From contig OZ245365.1 in assembly GCA_965226495.1 (NCBI GenBank), positions 256,001-320,000 on the forward strand: DNA of 64,000 nucleotides, written 5' to 3'. The translations under genes and the position numbers were made by a program. Under the pieces are notes generated by a model that was not told where the DNA came from, did no database searches, and was given only the letters and a program-made list of their open reading frames with translations. Below are positions 8,390-18,981 of the stretch, piece after piece. Position 1 is the first letter of the stretch. The number at the start of each line of letters is the position of its first letter. Source of the DNA: Candidatus Marinacidobacterales bacterium. GTDB lineage: Bacteria > Acidobacteriota > Vicinamibacteria > Marinacidobacterales > DATDRI01.

Positions 8390-10840
8390 ATGGAAAAATG
8401 GCTAAGCGATTTCCGCTACGGGTTCAGAACGCTTCGAAAGAGTCCCGGCTTTACCGCCGTTGTCCTTTGCACGCTGGGGCTGGGCATCGGAGCGAACACG
8501 GCGATTTTTAGTGTGGTGCACTCGGTGCTTCTCCGACCGCTCTCCTATCGGCAGCCGGACCGTCTTGTTGCCATTTGGGAATCGCTAGTCGAGCCCGGCT
8601 TCGAGAAATTCAGGGTGGCTCCGGGCAATTACCTCGACTGGCGGCAGAACCGCGTTTTCGAGGAGATGGCGATGTTTGGGGCCTCGCGCTACAGCCTGAC
8701 GGGCGAGGGTGAGCCGGAACAACTTCTGGGAGGAAAAATCACCGAAGGCTATTTCCGTACGTTGGGTGTTGAACCGCTACTGGGACGTGTCTTCAGCCAA
8801 GAGGAGGAGACGCCCGGACGGGACAATGTCGTCCTGCTGAGCTACGGCCTCTGGCAACGCCGATTCGGCGGCAATAGCGAAATCCTAGGACAGCCCGTCA
8901 CTTTCGATGGCAACCTCTTCACCATCATCGGCGTCATGCCGCAAGGAATCTATCCCACTTGGTTGAACTCGGTGGGTCAGATCCAGTTTCGCCCCGACCA
9001 TCATCAGTTTTGGGTGCCGATGGCTTTGCCGGAGGGTTTCCGCACCACGCGGCGCTCACACGTTTTTGGTGTGCTGGCACGGCTTAGAAGCGGCGTCAGC
9101 TTCCAAGAAGCGCAACTGGAGATGGAAACCATAGGCCGAAGGTTGGAGCAAGCCTTTCCGGAGAACGCGAAAGAACGCATCGTGGTGACGCGGTTGGTAG
9201 ACGAAGTGGTCGGCGCTTTCCGTTCCGGTCTTCTCGTACTACTCGGCGCGGTGGGCCTTGTCTTGGCGATCGTGTGCGCCAACATCGCGGGATTGATGCT
9301 CGCGCGCTCTGCGTCGCGGCAAAGGGAAGTGGCTGTGCGAGCCGCCTTGGGTGCCTCAAGGGGGGACGTCGTCCGGCAGTTTTTCGCGGAGAGCCTCCTC
9401 CTCGGTCTAGGAGGTGGAGCCCTCGGTCTGGGCGCTGCCTATTTCGGCCATGCGGTTCTAACGAGGATAACGCCGCATGGGATCCCTCGCTTCGGCGATG
9501 ACCGAATCGATTTCACCGTTCTCTGCTTCGCCGCTGTCGTCTCCATCTTGGCGAGTGTGATGTTCGGGCTTGTTCCTGCCTTCCAGTTCTTGAGGCCGAA
9601 TCTTCATGAATTACTCAAAGAGGGTGGTCGAGGAACGGCAGGAGACTCGGATCGTCGACACGGGTTTCGAAGAGCCTTGGTGGTTGCCGAAGTCTCGCTA
9701 GCAGTCATGCTCGTGATCGGCGCCGGTCTGCTCATACGGAGCTTCTCGCAGCTCGTCCAGGTCGATCCCGGATTCCGTGCCGATCGGATCCTGACATTCG
9801 AGCTGGATCTGTCTCAAACAAGATATCCGCATTGGTCGCGAGTCATGAATGGGTATTCGACTATTCTCGAGCGGGTGCGCGAGCTTCCGGGGGTTCGCTC
9901 CGCAGCCATCGCCTACGATCTTCCGCTCGAGGCAAATTGGGAGACGGTTTTCCGCATTGCGGGCCGTCCCGAGCCCAGGCCTGGCGACAGTCCGGGCGCT
10001 ACGTTACGGTTGGTGAGCCCCGACTATCTCCGCACCACCGGCATCGAGCTCGTCCGCGGGCGCGCCTTCGTCGAACGGGACGATGCGGAGCATCCAGGAG
10101 TCGCCATCATTAATAGCTCGCTCGCCCGGAGGTACTTCCTCGATGAGGACCCGATGGGCCAAATCCTCCAACATCACAATACCGCCGAGGATCTTCCCAG
10201 TTCTTTCGAGATCGTGGGAATCGTCAAAGACGTCAAGTTCCGGGGGCTCGATGCCTCGGTGGAACCGGCGCTTTACCTTCCCGCGCGCCAATTCATTGTC
10301 GGGGATATGGGCGTCTTGGTTAGGACCGCCGCCGATCCGCTCGCTCTACTTCCCTCCGTGCGCGCCGAAGTGGCGGCGGTAGATCCAAACCTGCCTATCT
10401 TCAGAGTGGGGACTCTCGAAGCCTTCTTTGACAACTCTGTGGCCCAACCGCGGTTCAACATGCTGCTCCTTAGCCTCTTCGGCCTGGCGGCGCTCGTTCT
10501 CGCCGCCATCGGGATATATGGGCTGCTCTCCCACACGGTCGCCGAGCGCACACATGAGATCGGCGTGCGTATGGCACTCGGCGCGCGGGCGAAGGACGTG
10601 CTTCGGTTGTTTGTAGGCCAGGGCCTCCGCCTGACTGCGATTGGTCTTGTTCTGGGCATGGTGGGTGCGGTCGCACTCGCGCGCGTGATGGAGAGTCTGC
10701 TCTTCGGAGTGAGCTCGACCGACCCGGCGACGTTCGTCGGGGTCGTGGCGACACTGGCGGCGGTTGCCGGCCTCGCCAGCTACCTACCGGCGCGCCGGGC
10801 GACCCAGGTCGATCCTATGGTTGCGCTCAGGCACGACTAG
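8390..10840 (+). CDS. ADOP-family (acidobacterial duplicated orphan) ABC permease, MacB/FtsX-like
   Basis: D.RYG.R.LRKSPGFT, LGIGANTAIFS, RQREVAVRAALGA, RTHEIGVRMALGA and PARRA..VDPM.ALR; 816 aa. Confidence 0.93.
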   Translation: MEKWLSDFRYGFRTLRKSPGFTAVVLCTLGLGIGANTAIFSVVHSVLLRPLSYRQPDRLVAIWESLVEPGFEKFRVAPGNYLDWRQNRVFEEMAMFGASRYSLTGEGEPEQLLGGKITEGYFRTLGVEPLLGRVFSQEEETPGRDNVVLLSYGLWQRRFGGNSEILGQPVTFDGNLFTIIGVMPQGIYPTWLNSVGQIQFRPDHHQFWVPMALPEGFRTTRRSHVFGVLARLRSGVSFQEAQLEMETIGRRLEQAFPENAKERIVVTRLVDEVVGAFRSGLLVLLGAVGLVLAIVCANIAGLMLARSASRQREVAVRAALGASRGDVVRQFFAESLLLGLGGGALGLGAAYFGHAVLTRITPHGIPRFGDDRIDFTVLCFAAVVSILASVMFGLVPAFQFLRPNLHELLKEGGRGTAGDSDRRHGFRRALVVAEVSLAVMLVIGAGLLIRSFSQLVQVDPGFRADRILTFELDLSQTRYPHWSRVMNGYSTILERVRELPGVRSAAIAYDLPLEANWETVFRIAGRPEPRPGDSPGATLRLVSPDYLRTTGIELVRGRAFVERDDAEHPGVAIINSSLARRYFLDEDPMGQILQHHNTAEDLPSSFEIVGIVKDVKFRGLDASVEPALYLPARQFIVGDMGVLVRTAADPLALLPSVRAEVAAVDPNLPIFRVGTLEAFFDNSVAQPRFNMLLLSLFGLAALVLAAIGIYGLLSHTVAERTHEIGVRMALGARAKDVLRLFVGQGLRLTAIGLVLGMVGAVALARVMESLLFGVSSTDPATFVGVVATLAAVAGLASYLPARRATQVDPMVALRHD

Positions 10841-10869
10841 CAGGGTGCTGAAAAATTCACGGCACCCTG
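10841..10869 (+). terminator. Stem-loop immediately after the permease stop codon
   Basis: CAGGGTGC-TGAAAAATTCACG-GCACCCTG inverted repeat; no U-tail. Confidence 0.35.
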
Positions 10870-10873
10870 CGCG

Positions 10874-10963
10874 CGAACGTAGCCATGAGCCCATGCGGAG
10901 TCGCCAGTCGACGGAGCATGAGGCGTGGGGTGGGGCCCCGAGCCACTTATGGAAGAGTGAGCG
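10874..10963 (+). repeat. Dispersed structured repeat family A, copy 1
   Basis: Core GAGCCCATGCGRAGTCGCCAGTCGACGKAGCATGAGGCGTGGGG also occurs at ~20.8, ~34.0 and ~46.0 kb. Confidence 0.9.
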
Positions 10964-11089
10964 CGCATTGAGCATTAGTGTCTGCTCGAGTCCTAGACAA
11001 GAAATTCCAAAGCTGACACGACCGAGTTGTAGTGTCTCGGGGGTTGATGTAGCTTGGCGGTCAGCCAAACGGTAGGAGAGAGCACAGGA

Positions 11090-14000
11090 ATGAGTCTACG
11101 GTCGGTAGTGAGTCTCGGAAGCGTACTCTTCGCGGTCATGGGGATGCAGCGCGCGTCCCCACCCATCGAGGTAAGCTTCGATCAAGGAACCAACTTCTCG
11201 GTAGCCCTCTCCCCCGACGGCTCGCACATGGTCATGGATCTTCACGGCACACTCTGGTCGCTTCCTATCGAGGGCGGCGAGGCTCAGCCGCTCACCGACG
11301 GGCTGGGCGACGATAGATTGCCCGATTACTCGCCGGACGGTACTCGTCTCGCGTTCCAGTCCTATCGTGCTGGCAGCTGGGATATCTGGGTGATGGGTAC
11401 GGACGGCAATGGACTCACCGCTTTGACGGAAGGTCGCTTCGACGACCGGGAGCCGGTCTGGTCTCCGGACGGGACACGCATCGCTTTCTCCTCGGACCGT
11501 TCCGGGAATTACGACCTTTGGATACTCGATGTGGCGCGCGGGGAGGTAACCCAACTGACGCACGATCCCGCGAACGACTACATGCCCGATTGGTCACCGG
11601 ATGGAAATGAGGTTGCCTTCATCTCCGAGCGGGGCGAGGGCAGCTCCACCGAACTGTGGCGAGTCGACACAAGAAACGGCGAAGCGGGTCGGATCGCATC
11701 GTTCGAGGGCGAGGTCGCAAGCCCGGCCTGGAGTCCGGATGGTAGGCTGATTGCGCTTCGTCGGCTCCGCGAGCGGACGTATGCACTTTCCAGCTGGCGT
11801 TTCTCGGAGGGGATCGAAAGCGATCTCGTCTTGATTTCGGCGAAGGGTGGGGAGCCGATCAAGAAGACCAGCGGGGAAGACGTGTTTCCTTTTCGACCCG
11901 CGTGGGCGCCGAATGGGGACGTCATCTACACCTCGGATGGCGAGATTCGCCGCTTGTCTGGCTCGGGAGCAGAACCGGAAGGGATTCCTTTTTCCGCCAG
12001 CGTGTTTCTTGACCGGCCCGCCTACTCCCGCCGCGCCGCCAGAATTCCAAGAGCGGGGCAACGGCTGCCGGTACGCGGCATCGTAGGGCCGTCGCTTTCT
12101 CCTGATGGCGAGAAGCTAGCCTTCTCTGCGCTCGGAGATATTTGGATCGCCTCGGCGGATGGAAAGGGGCCCGTTCCTTTCACGCGCGACGAGTATCTGG
12201 ACTCGGATCCGAGTTGGTCTCCCGATGGGAAGGAGGTCGTCTTTTCTTCCGATCGCGCGGGCACGATGGATCTCTGGAAAAAAAAGGCCGACTCCTTCCC
12301 GGGAAGCAACGCGGTGAGACTGACCGAGCTTCCGGGGGCGGAGGTCGTGCCCGTCTGGTCTCCCGATGGTCGCTGGATCGCCTACACCGACGAGCAGGAC
12401 GACCTGTACGTGATTTCTTCCAATGGTGGCGCGGCGCGGCTCATTCGGAGAAGCCGGCGCTGGGCGGGCGCGCCGAGCTGGTCGAGCGACAGCAAACACC
12501 TTGCCGTCGCGACGCTGGAACCCTACTCCACACGTTTTCGAGAAGGGATTAACCGCATCGTTGTGATCTCGAAGGACTCCGGAGTGGAGCGAGTGGTTGA
12601 GCTTTCGGATGACTTCTCCGGACGGAGCTTCGGCTCGCGCGAGGGAGACGGCCCGGTGTGGAGCCCGGACGGGCAGAAGCTCGCGTTCGCCATGGATGGC
12701 GGGCTTGCAATCCTGCCCGTTACCCCGGAAGGGGAGGCGACGGGTCCTCCGGTCACTGTCTTCGATATGCCGATCCATTTCCCGGCTTGGTCTCCCGACT
12801 CGGAGAGCCTCATCCTCCTCGCGTCTGAAAAACTAATGCGAGTCAACATCGGAAGCGGCCAGGCTAGCGAGATCACGCCCGAGTTGAGCTACCGCGTTCC
12901 TTTGGCCGGCGGGAGGATGGTGATCCGAAACGCTCGTCTCATCGACGGCACCGGGGCTCCCCCTCGCGAAGGCATGGACATTTTGATCGACGGTGACCGG
13001 ATCGAATCGGTTCAACCCGCCGGGATCGCTTCGGTCGACGATGTCCGCGTGATCGACGCGACAGGAAAGACGGTCATTCCTGGGCTCATCGACATGCACA
13101 CGCACCCGAGTCTGCCCGACTACGGCGGCCGGCAAGGGCGGCTGTGGTTGTCCTTCGGTGTCACTTCGATCCGAACTACCAGCGGCGCCATCTATCGGAC
13201 CATCGAGGAACGGGAGAGCATCGAGAGCGGGCGGCGCCTCGGTCCTCGCATTTTCAGCACCGGTTTCGCCATGGACGGAGAGCGTATCTTCTACCCGGAG
13301 TACGTGGCGCTCGAGAACGAGGGGGAGCTTCTTCGCGAGCTCGAACGAGCCTTCGCTCTCGACTATGACCTCATCAAGACCTACGTCCGTCTCCCGGACA
13401 CGCTGCAGAAGAGAGTGGTCGAGGAAGCTCATCGTAAAGGTGTGTTCGTCAGCTCTCACGAGATCTATCCGGCGGTTGCGTACGGTGTAGACGGCATCGA
13501 GCATGTGCAAGGCACCAGCCGTCGAGGCTTCTCTTCCAAAATCACCGATCTAAGAAGGAGCTACCAGGACGTTGTCGAGCTCGTCTCACGGTCCGGCGTC
13601 TTCTTCACACCGACCATCCTTCTCCAAGGGGGTTTCCGATTGGCGCTGGCTCGCGAGCCGGAGCTACTCGACGATCCTCGTCTGACCAGCCTCCTTCCCT
13701 CGTGGGTACTCGCCACCGCGCGTGGCTCGGTGGTGGGTAGCGTAAGCGAACGCGAGGAAGCCATGAAGCCGGTCTTCGCCACGGTGGACGCCATTGCGAA
13801 GGCCGGCGGTCGGCTCATCGCTGGCACTGATGCGCCCATCGTTCCGTATGGCTACGGTCTGATCCTTGAGATCGAGCAATTGTCGGAGGCTGGCCTGGGG
13901 CCGCTTCGAGCGATTCGGGCGGGCACGCTGGAAGCCGCTCACGCCCTCGGTGCATCGGACGACTTGGGTTCGATTCGTCGTGGCAAGCTGGCCGATCTGG

Positions 14001-14119
14001 TCATTTTGGAGGCCGATCCCACGGAAGACATCCGCAATCTCCGGAAGGTCGAGAGCGTGATACTAGGTGGGAAGATGGTCGAAATGTGGAAGCTCCTCGT
14101 GATCCGAGGGGCTCACTGA
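11090..14119 (+). CDS. Exported amidohydrolase with TolB/PD40 beta-propeller repeats
   Basis: Many P.WSPDG repeats. Amidohydrolase motifs PGLIDMHTH, IKTY, H, GTDAP and G.I..GKLADLVIL. Confidence 0.9.
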   Translation: MSLRSVVSLGSVLFAVMGMQRASPPIEVSFDQGTNFSVALSPDGSHMVMDLHGTLWSLPIEGGEAQPLTDGLGDDRLPDYSPDGTRLAFQSYRAGSWDIWVMGTDGNGLTALTEGRFDDREPVWSPDGTRIAFSSDRSGNYDLWILDVARGEVTQLTHDPANDYMPDWSPDGNEVAFISERGEGSSTELWRVDTRNGEAGRIASFEGEVASPAWSPDGRLIALRRLRERTYALSSWRFSEGIESDLVLISAKGGEPIKKTSGEDVFPFRPAWAPNGDVIYTSDGEIRRLSGSGAEPEGIPFSASVFLDRPAYSRRAARIPRAGQRLPVRGIVGPSLSPDGEKLAFSALGDIWIASADGKGPVPFTRDEYLDSDPSWSPDGKEVVFSSDRAGTMDLWKKKADSFPGSNAVRLTELPGAEVVPVWSPDGRWIAYTDEQDDLYVISSNGGAARLIRRSRRWAGAPSWSSDSKHLAVATLEPYSTRFREGINRIVVISKDSGVERVVELSDDFSGRSFGSREGDGPVWSPDGQKLAFAMDGGLAILPVTPEGEATGPPVTVFDMPIHFPAWSPDSESLILLASEKLMRVNIGSGQASEITPELSYRVPLAGGRMVIRNARLIDGTGAPPREGMDILIDGDRIESVQPAGIASVDDVRVIDATGKTVIPGLIDMHTHPSLPDYGGRQGRLWLSFGVTSIRTTSGAIYRTIEERESIESGRRLGPRIFSTGFAMDGERIFYPEYVALENEGELLRELERAFALDYDLIKTYVRLPDTLQKRVVEEAHRKGVFVSSHEIYPAVAYGVDGIEHVQGTSRRGFSSKITDLRRSYQDVVELVSRSGVFFTPTILLQGGFRLALAREPELLDDPRLTSLLPSWVLATARGSVVGSVSEREEAMKPVFATVDAIAKAGGRLIAGTDAPIVPYGYGLILEIEQLSEAGLGPLRAIRAGTLEAAHALGASDDLGSIRRGKLADLVILEADPTEDIRNLRKVESVILGGKMVEMWKLLVIRGAH

Positions 14120-14505
14120 ATTTTTCTTTCCATCCGGCTGCGAAAACGCGCCACCTCGATAACGAATCGTTCGTGACTTCCGCGACCGACTTCCTCTTTC
14201 TCGTCAAACGCGGTGACGTCGAAAACGCAGCGTCTCCCATCAACCTCGGTTAGACGCGCCCGGGCCCAGACTCTCATTCCGAGCGGCGTGGCGGCGGTAT
14301 GGCTTACGTCGACTTTTGTGCCGACGGAGGATTCCCCTTCTTCGTAGAATGGCTGGAGCAAATGATGGGCGGCCATTTCCATCAAGCGGATCATCTCCGC
14401 GGTGGCTAGAACCGGTGGGACGTCATTCAGGCCGATCACGCTGATCTCTCGTGTCACCACGCGTTCGAGCTCTTGTTCAAGTCCCGGTTTCAGATTTCCC
14501 TTCAT
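14113..14505 (-). CDS. FlK-like (fluoroacetyl-CoA thioesterase family) hotdog thioesterase
   Basis: VLATAEMIRLME.AA, SVGT.VDVSH.AATP.G and G.G.HERF.I. Confidence 0.85.
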   Translation of the reverse strand: MKGNLKPGLEQELERVVTREISVIGLNDVPPVLATAEMIRLMEMAAHHLLQPFYEEGESSVGTKVDVSHTAATPLGMRVWARARLTEVDGRRCVFDVTAFDEKEEVGRGSHERFVIEVARFRSRMERKIQ

Positions 14506-14569
14506 GTCTTGAGCATCTCTCGAAATGAACACTAGACTCAAACGGCGAGACGATCAAGCGCTGTAAATG

Positions 14570-15403
14570 TCAACCTAAGTTTCCGCCCAACGCCGCGATC
14601 TCGCGAGCCAGATCTGCGAGGTAGGGAATGCCATCGCGCAACCGCGCACCGTGCCATGAGAGAAGCTGCCCGTCCACCAGAAGAGTTCTTCCCTTCAGAC
14701 TCGAGGGATCGCCCGTCGCCCTCAGGAACTCCGTCGTGTGTTTGGCCTCGAAGGGGAAGGGTTCTGAGCTGAAGAGAACGACGTCTGGACGTAGCTCCTC
14801 AATCTCGGCTACCGTGAGCTGCGGGTAGCGACCGGCCTCCGGGGCGATGACGTTTCGACCTCCCGCCTCGCGAATGAGCGCGTCGATGAAGGTCGCAGTG
14901 CCGGCGGCCATGTAGGGCTTCTGCCAGATGAGGTACAGGAAGCGAAATGGCGCCCGGGTGCGAGACTCCTGGGTCAGATTCGTCCGGGCGAGAGCAAGGT
15001 TATCGATGAGCTTACGTGCTGCGTCGTCGCACTGGAGCAGCACGCCGAGTATTCGCAGTTCTTCGAGTGCGGTAGTGAGATCTCGCGGGAAGGCTACGTA
15101 CACAGGTGCCACCGTGTCCAATTCAGTTACATCCTGTTCTCGGTTTTCTTCCTTGTTGCCCAGGATTAAATCCGGCTTGAGGCTGCGGATGACATCGAGT
15201 CGAGGGCTCTTCGTGCCGCCGACGACGGAGGTCTTCTCCCGGGCCTCGGGTGGGAGCACGCAATAGCGGGTCACCCCCACCAAGCGGTCACCGGCGCCGA
15301 GGGCATGGACCGACTCGGTTGTCGAAGGCACCAAGCTGATGATGCGCCGGGGAGGGAGGGTCAGGCTTATGGCCGCGCCCCTCGCATCCGTCAGAGAGAT
15401 CAC
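14570..15403 (-). CDS. Helical-backbone metal/cobalamin-binding protein (BtuF-like)
   Basis: RIISLVPSTTE, GVTRYC, VGGTK.P, PDLILGNKEEN, SSEPFPF and DG...SWHG.R. Confidence 0.8.
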   Translation of the reverse strand: MISLTDARGAAISLTLPPRRIISLVPSTTESVHALGAGDRLVGVTRYCVLPPEAREKTSVVGGTKSPRLDVIRSLKPDLILGNKEENREQDVTELDTVAPVYVAFPRDLTTALEELRILGVLLQCDDAARKLIDNLALARTNLTQESRTRAPFRFLYLIWQKPYMAAGTATFIDALIREAGGRNVIAPEAGRYPQLTVAEIEELRPDVVLFSSEPFPFEAKHTTEFLRATGDPSSLKGRTLLVDGQLLSWHGARLRDGIPYLADLAREIAALGGNLG

Positions 15404-15471
15404 CGACGCATTATAGCCGTGCCCCTCCGTACATGAAGGACCCGAGGTGTTGATACTGGGGCCTTCCATTA

Positions 15472-15570
15472 CTCCCTCTCTGTCAGGGAGAGAGCTGCGG
15501 TGAGGGTGGCAATGGAAGTCCCTTTCCGTTTGCTCCCTCTCCCTCAGGGAGAGGGCCGGGGTGAGGGTGG
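15472..15570. repeat. REP-like palindromic repeat, two tandem copies (related copy at ~18032-18108)
   Basis: CTCCCTCTC-nnn-CAGGGAGAG...GGTGAGGGTGG at 15472 and 15533. Confidence 0.7.
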
Positions 15571-15881
15571 TTCAACACTCCGGGGCGAGGTTTCCATCCT
15601 CCGGATAGGTGGGAGTTTACGGGGCCCCACCACGCGGGTCGGCCAGTGGCGAGGACGGGTTGCGAGTTCCGACCGAGACGTGAGGTGGCTCGCGGGGGCA
15701 TCTGGAGCGGCTTTTTTTCATTTCTTCTCTTGCAGGATCGGCCGCTCGCTATTAGAATACGCGGATTAGACTCGCTCCACTGATACAAATTGGGTGCAGA
15801 GGACGAGCAGGGTGGAGCCATTTGGCGGCGCCCTGGAGTGTGTTGCTTGTAGTGTAAGTCTTTTCGAAAGGAGACAGCGGA

Positions 15882-16181
15882 ATGGCGACTAAGGCAATGA
15901 CCAAGACTCAGACCGTCAGCTACATAGCGGAAAAGGCCAACCTCAGCAAGAAGGAGGCGGCTGGAATTCTCGAGGAGCTAGCGGATCTGGCGGTCAGGGA
16001 GACCAAGCGAGCCGGGCAGTTCGTCATCCCAGGGATCGGTAAGCTCGTCAAGGCTCACCGAAAGGCCAGGAAAGGGCGCAATCCTCAGACCGGCGAAGAG
16101 ATTCAGATCGCGGCCAAGACGGTGGTGAAGTTCCGCGTGGCCAAGGCGTGCAAGGACGCGGTCGTTCCGCCGAAGAAGTAG
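15882..16181 (+). CDS. hup: HU family DNA-binding protein
   Basis: IPGIGKL..RKARKGRNPQTGEEIQIAAK.VVKF; SD AAGGAG. Confidence 0.93.
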   Translation: MATKAMTKTQTVSYIAEKANLSKKEAAGILEELADLAVRETKRAGQFVIPGIGKLVKAHRKARKGRNPQTGEEIQIAAKTVVKFRVAKACKDAVVPPKK

Positions 16182-16450
16182 TTCCGGGAACGTTTTCCTG
16201 TTCGAGTGCTGACTCGCCCGGAGGACTCTCCCCAACGGTAGAGCCCTCCGGCCAGCCGTTCTCTCGGTATCGGCACCTCCCAACCCTCCTTCGTCGTCAT
16301 GGGCTAGCTCGGGAAGACCGGGCTCCGTGCGGCTACAGCGTTAGCGTCTGCAGTCGTCGCCCAAGGCAGCTCCGAGGCCTTCGAACCGATCTGAAAACTG
16401 TGATAGTTTCCTGCCCGACTTAACCTAATTAGAAGATGAGGGAAGCTCCA

Positions 16451-18007
16451 ATGACCCAACCTTTCGTTAACGAACCTTTGACCGACTTCAGCCGTGATGA
16501 CGACCACAAGGCCATGCTCGAGGCCCTGGCTTACGTCAAGCACGGAACGGGTGCCGAGTACGATCTCACCGTCGGGGGAGAGCGGCTGCGAACCGATGAC
16601 AAGCTGCGCTCCACCAATCCGGCCCGCCCTAACGAAGTAGTAGGGATCTTTCAGCGAGCCTCTTTGGAGATCGCATCGAAGGCGGTCGATGTTGCCCACG
16701 AGACGTTCCAGACCTGGCGGCACACCAGAGCGACCGAACGTTCCCGGTATCTGTTCGATGCTGCCAACGCTATGCGGAGACGTAGGCATGAGCTGTCGGC
16801 GTGGATGGTGCTGGAAGCGGGAAAGAGTTGGGTCGAGGCCGATGCCGACACCGCGGAGGCCATCGACTTCCTCGAATTCTACGCCCGGGAGAATCTACGC
16901 CTCGCTCAACCGCAGCCTTTGGTGGAGATCCCTTCCGAGGCCAGCGAGCTTCACTACATTCCGCTCGGCGTTGTGGTCGTCATTCCACCATGGAACTTTC
17001 CGCTAGCCATCCTCGCCGGCATGACCAGCGCCGCTATCGTGGCCGGCAACACCGTCGTCTTGAAGCCCTCTTCGGACTCGCCCACCATCGGTCGGAAATT
17101 CTTTGAAATCATGGAAGAGGTGGGCTTGCCGGAAGGAGTCTTGAATTTTGTCACCGGCTCCGGGGCCACTGTGGGCGACACCCTCGTCACCCATCCCAAG
17201 ACCCGAATGATTGCTTTCACCGGTTCCAAGGAGGTTGGACTCGGGATCAACGAGAAGGCGGCCCGCGTCACGCCCGGTCAGATCTGGATCCGGCGCGTCA
17301 TTGTCGAGATGGGTGGCAAAGACGCCATCATCGTGGATCGGGATGCCGACCTCGACGCGGCGGTGGAGGGCGTGGCGTCCTCCGCCTTCGGCTATCAGGG
17401 GCAGAAATGCTCCGCTTGTTCTCGCGTCGTTATCGACGAAAAACTCTACGATACATTCCTCGAGAAACTGACGGAACGAACGGAAAAACTCCAGATCGGT
17501 CCAACCGACGACCCCCGTCACACCTTCGGACCGGTCATCAACCGTTCGGCGATGCAGTCCATCCTGGGGTACATCGAAAAAGGTGTTTCGGAAGGCGGAC
17601 GCTTGCTGACCGGCGGTGGTGTAATACCCGCCGCCGAAGGGTATTTCATTCGCCCGACGATCATCGCCGATGTGGATCCAAAGGGGACCATCGCGCAAGA
17701 GGAAATTTTTGGGCCGGTGCTCGCGGCTCACAAGGCCAAGGACTTTGACGAGGCTCTCAAACTCGTCAACGACACCGAGTACGGGCTCACCGGTGCGGTT
17801 TATACCGGAAGCCGAGACAAGATCGACCTAGCGAAGAAACACTTCCACGTAGGCAATCTCTATTTCAACCGGAAGTGCACGGGGGCAATGGTTGGTGCCC
17901 ATCCCTTCGGGGGATTCAACATGTCGGGCACCGATTCTAAGGCCGGTGGCCGAGATTACCTGTTGCTCTTCACGCAGGCAAAGTCACTGTCCGAGAAGAT
18001 TCGATAA
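16451..18007 (+). CDS. pruA: Delta-1-pyrroline-5-carboxylate (L-glutamate gamma-semialdehyde) dehydrogenase
   Basis: EADADTAEAIDFLEFYAR, IPPWNFP, FTGS, EMGGKD, GQKCSACSR, EEIFGP and GGFNMSGTDSKAGG. Confidence 0.93.
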   Translation: MTQPFVNEPLTDFSRDDDHKAMLEALAYVKHGTGAEYDLTVGGERLRTDDKLRSTNPARPNEVVGIFQRASLEIASKAVDVAHETFQTWRHTRATERSRYLFDAANAMRRRRHELSAWMVLEAGKSWVEADADTAEAIDFLEFYARENLRLAQPQPLVEIPSEASELHYIPLGVVVVIPPWNFPLAILAGMTSAAIVAGNTVVLKPSSDSPTIGRKFFEIMEEVGLPEGVLNFVTGSGATVGDTLVTHPKTRMIAFTGSKEVGLGINEKAARVTPGQIWIRRVIVEMGGKDAIIVDRDADLDAAVEGVASSAFGYQGQKCSACSRVVIDEKLYDTFLEKLTERTEKLQIGPTDDPRHTFGPVINRSAMQSILGYIEKGVSEGGRLLTGGGVIPAAEGYFIRPTIIADVDPKGTIAQEEIFGPVLAAHKAKDFDEALKLVNDTEYGLTGAVYTGSRDKIDLAKKHFHVGNLYFNRKCTGAMVGAHPFGGFNMSGTDSKAGGRDYLLLFTQAKSLSEKIR

Positions 18008-18129
18008 TTTGGTGCCGTTCCTCCTCCGTTTCCTCTCCCCTTTGGGGAGAGTTGGCCGTCAAAACACGTTGTGCCAACGAACAAAGTGGCCAGACGGCGG
18101 TGAGGGGGCCAGGGCGCCGTAGTTCTTTA

Positions 18130-18981
18130 CTACGGTGTACTCTCGCCGAACAAGACGTTTTCCTCGCCGAGCTCCTTAATTTTCTTTTCCATCTGCTCGA
18201 CTAGTTTGTCTCGTCGCGCGATGATGGCCTTGATCTGCCCACCCATCAAGATGCTATCGAGCTTAGCATCTAGCTGCTCCTTGTCGAGGGCCTGCAACTT
18301 CGCCATTAGCTGTCGATCGTATTGGGAGGGAAGTTTGTTGTCCTTGCCGATTTTTTTCTTGCTCAGAAAAGCCCGGGAGTGGTCGATGAGGATGACGTCG
18401 TGCTCGGGGTCAACCAGGAAGTTACGGGCATTGCGGTCCTCGTTCAGTATCAGGTTGTCGAATATCTTCATGCGGGAGAGCTGGTGGCTCCAGTCCTCGG
18501 TGGCAGGAACGATATTCATGACGTCTCCGTAGAGCCTGCAGTCATCGACCCAGAGTTGAAGAGAACCGTTCTTCTTGTTGATCTTTCTGATGATGGTTGG
18601 AGGGACCATGTTGAGCCCCACCATCTTATCTAGCTCGTACGCGGCGACCTCGGCCTCGTAGCTCTCCCAGAACCCGCCGGCTCGGCCTCGCTTGATGGGT
18701 TTGAAGACTGCCTTGAACTCCATGTCTCCCTTCTTGAGTATTGCGGAACTTGGTTTGGTGACACCGACGCCGATGTCTTCGATGGAAACCACCTCAGCCG
18801 TCCTGAGGAGCTCCTCGAACTCCGCCTCGCGCCCCACCCAAATTTTGACCGTGCACTGTTTCGCGCCCTGTGCCTGCGGCTGAGCTACTGCCGGCGCGCT
18901 GTCGGTGGCGGCCTCCTGAGCCTGGCCGGCGGCGACACTGGACAGTACGAAGGGAAGCAACAAAAGATACTGTCTACTCAT
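18130..18981 (-). CDS. Secreted atypical kinase-like protein (PI4K type II / FAM20C / HipA-like fold)
   Basis: Signal peptide MSRQYLLLLPFVLSSVAAGQA. Motifs IGVGVTKP, AVFKP, EVAAYELD, GSLQLW, FDNLILNEDRNARN and LIDHSRAF. Confidence 0.7.
   Translation of the reverse strand: MSRQYLLLLPFVLSSVAAGQAQEAATDSAPAVAQPQAQGAKQCTVKIWVGREAEFEELLRTAEVVSIEDIGVGVTKPSSAILKKGDMEFKAVFKPIKRGRAGGFWESYEAEVAAYELDKMVGLNMVPPTIIRKINKKNGSLQLWVDDCRLYGDVMNIVPATEDWSHQLSRMKIFDNLILNEDRNARNFLVDPEHDVILIDHSRAFLSKKKIGKDNKLPSQYDRQLMAKLQALDKEQLDAKLDSILMGGQIKAIIARRDKLVEQMEKKIKELGEENVLFGESTP

Noticed and set aside
15580-15800. Cobalamin riboswitch upstream of the BtuF-like gene
   Set aside because: Only GCCACTG matches; the other B12-box elements are absent.
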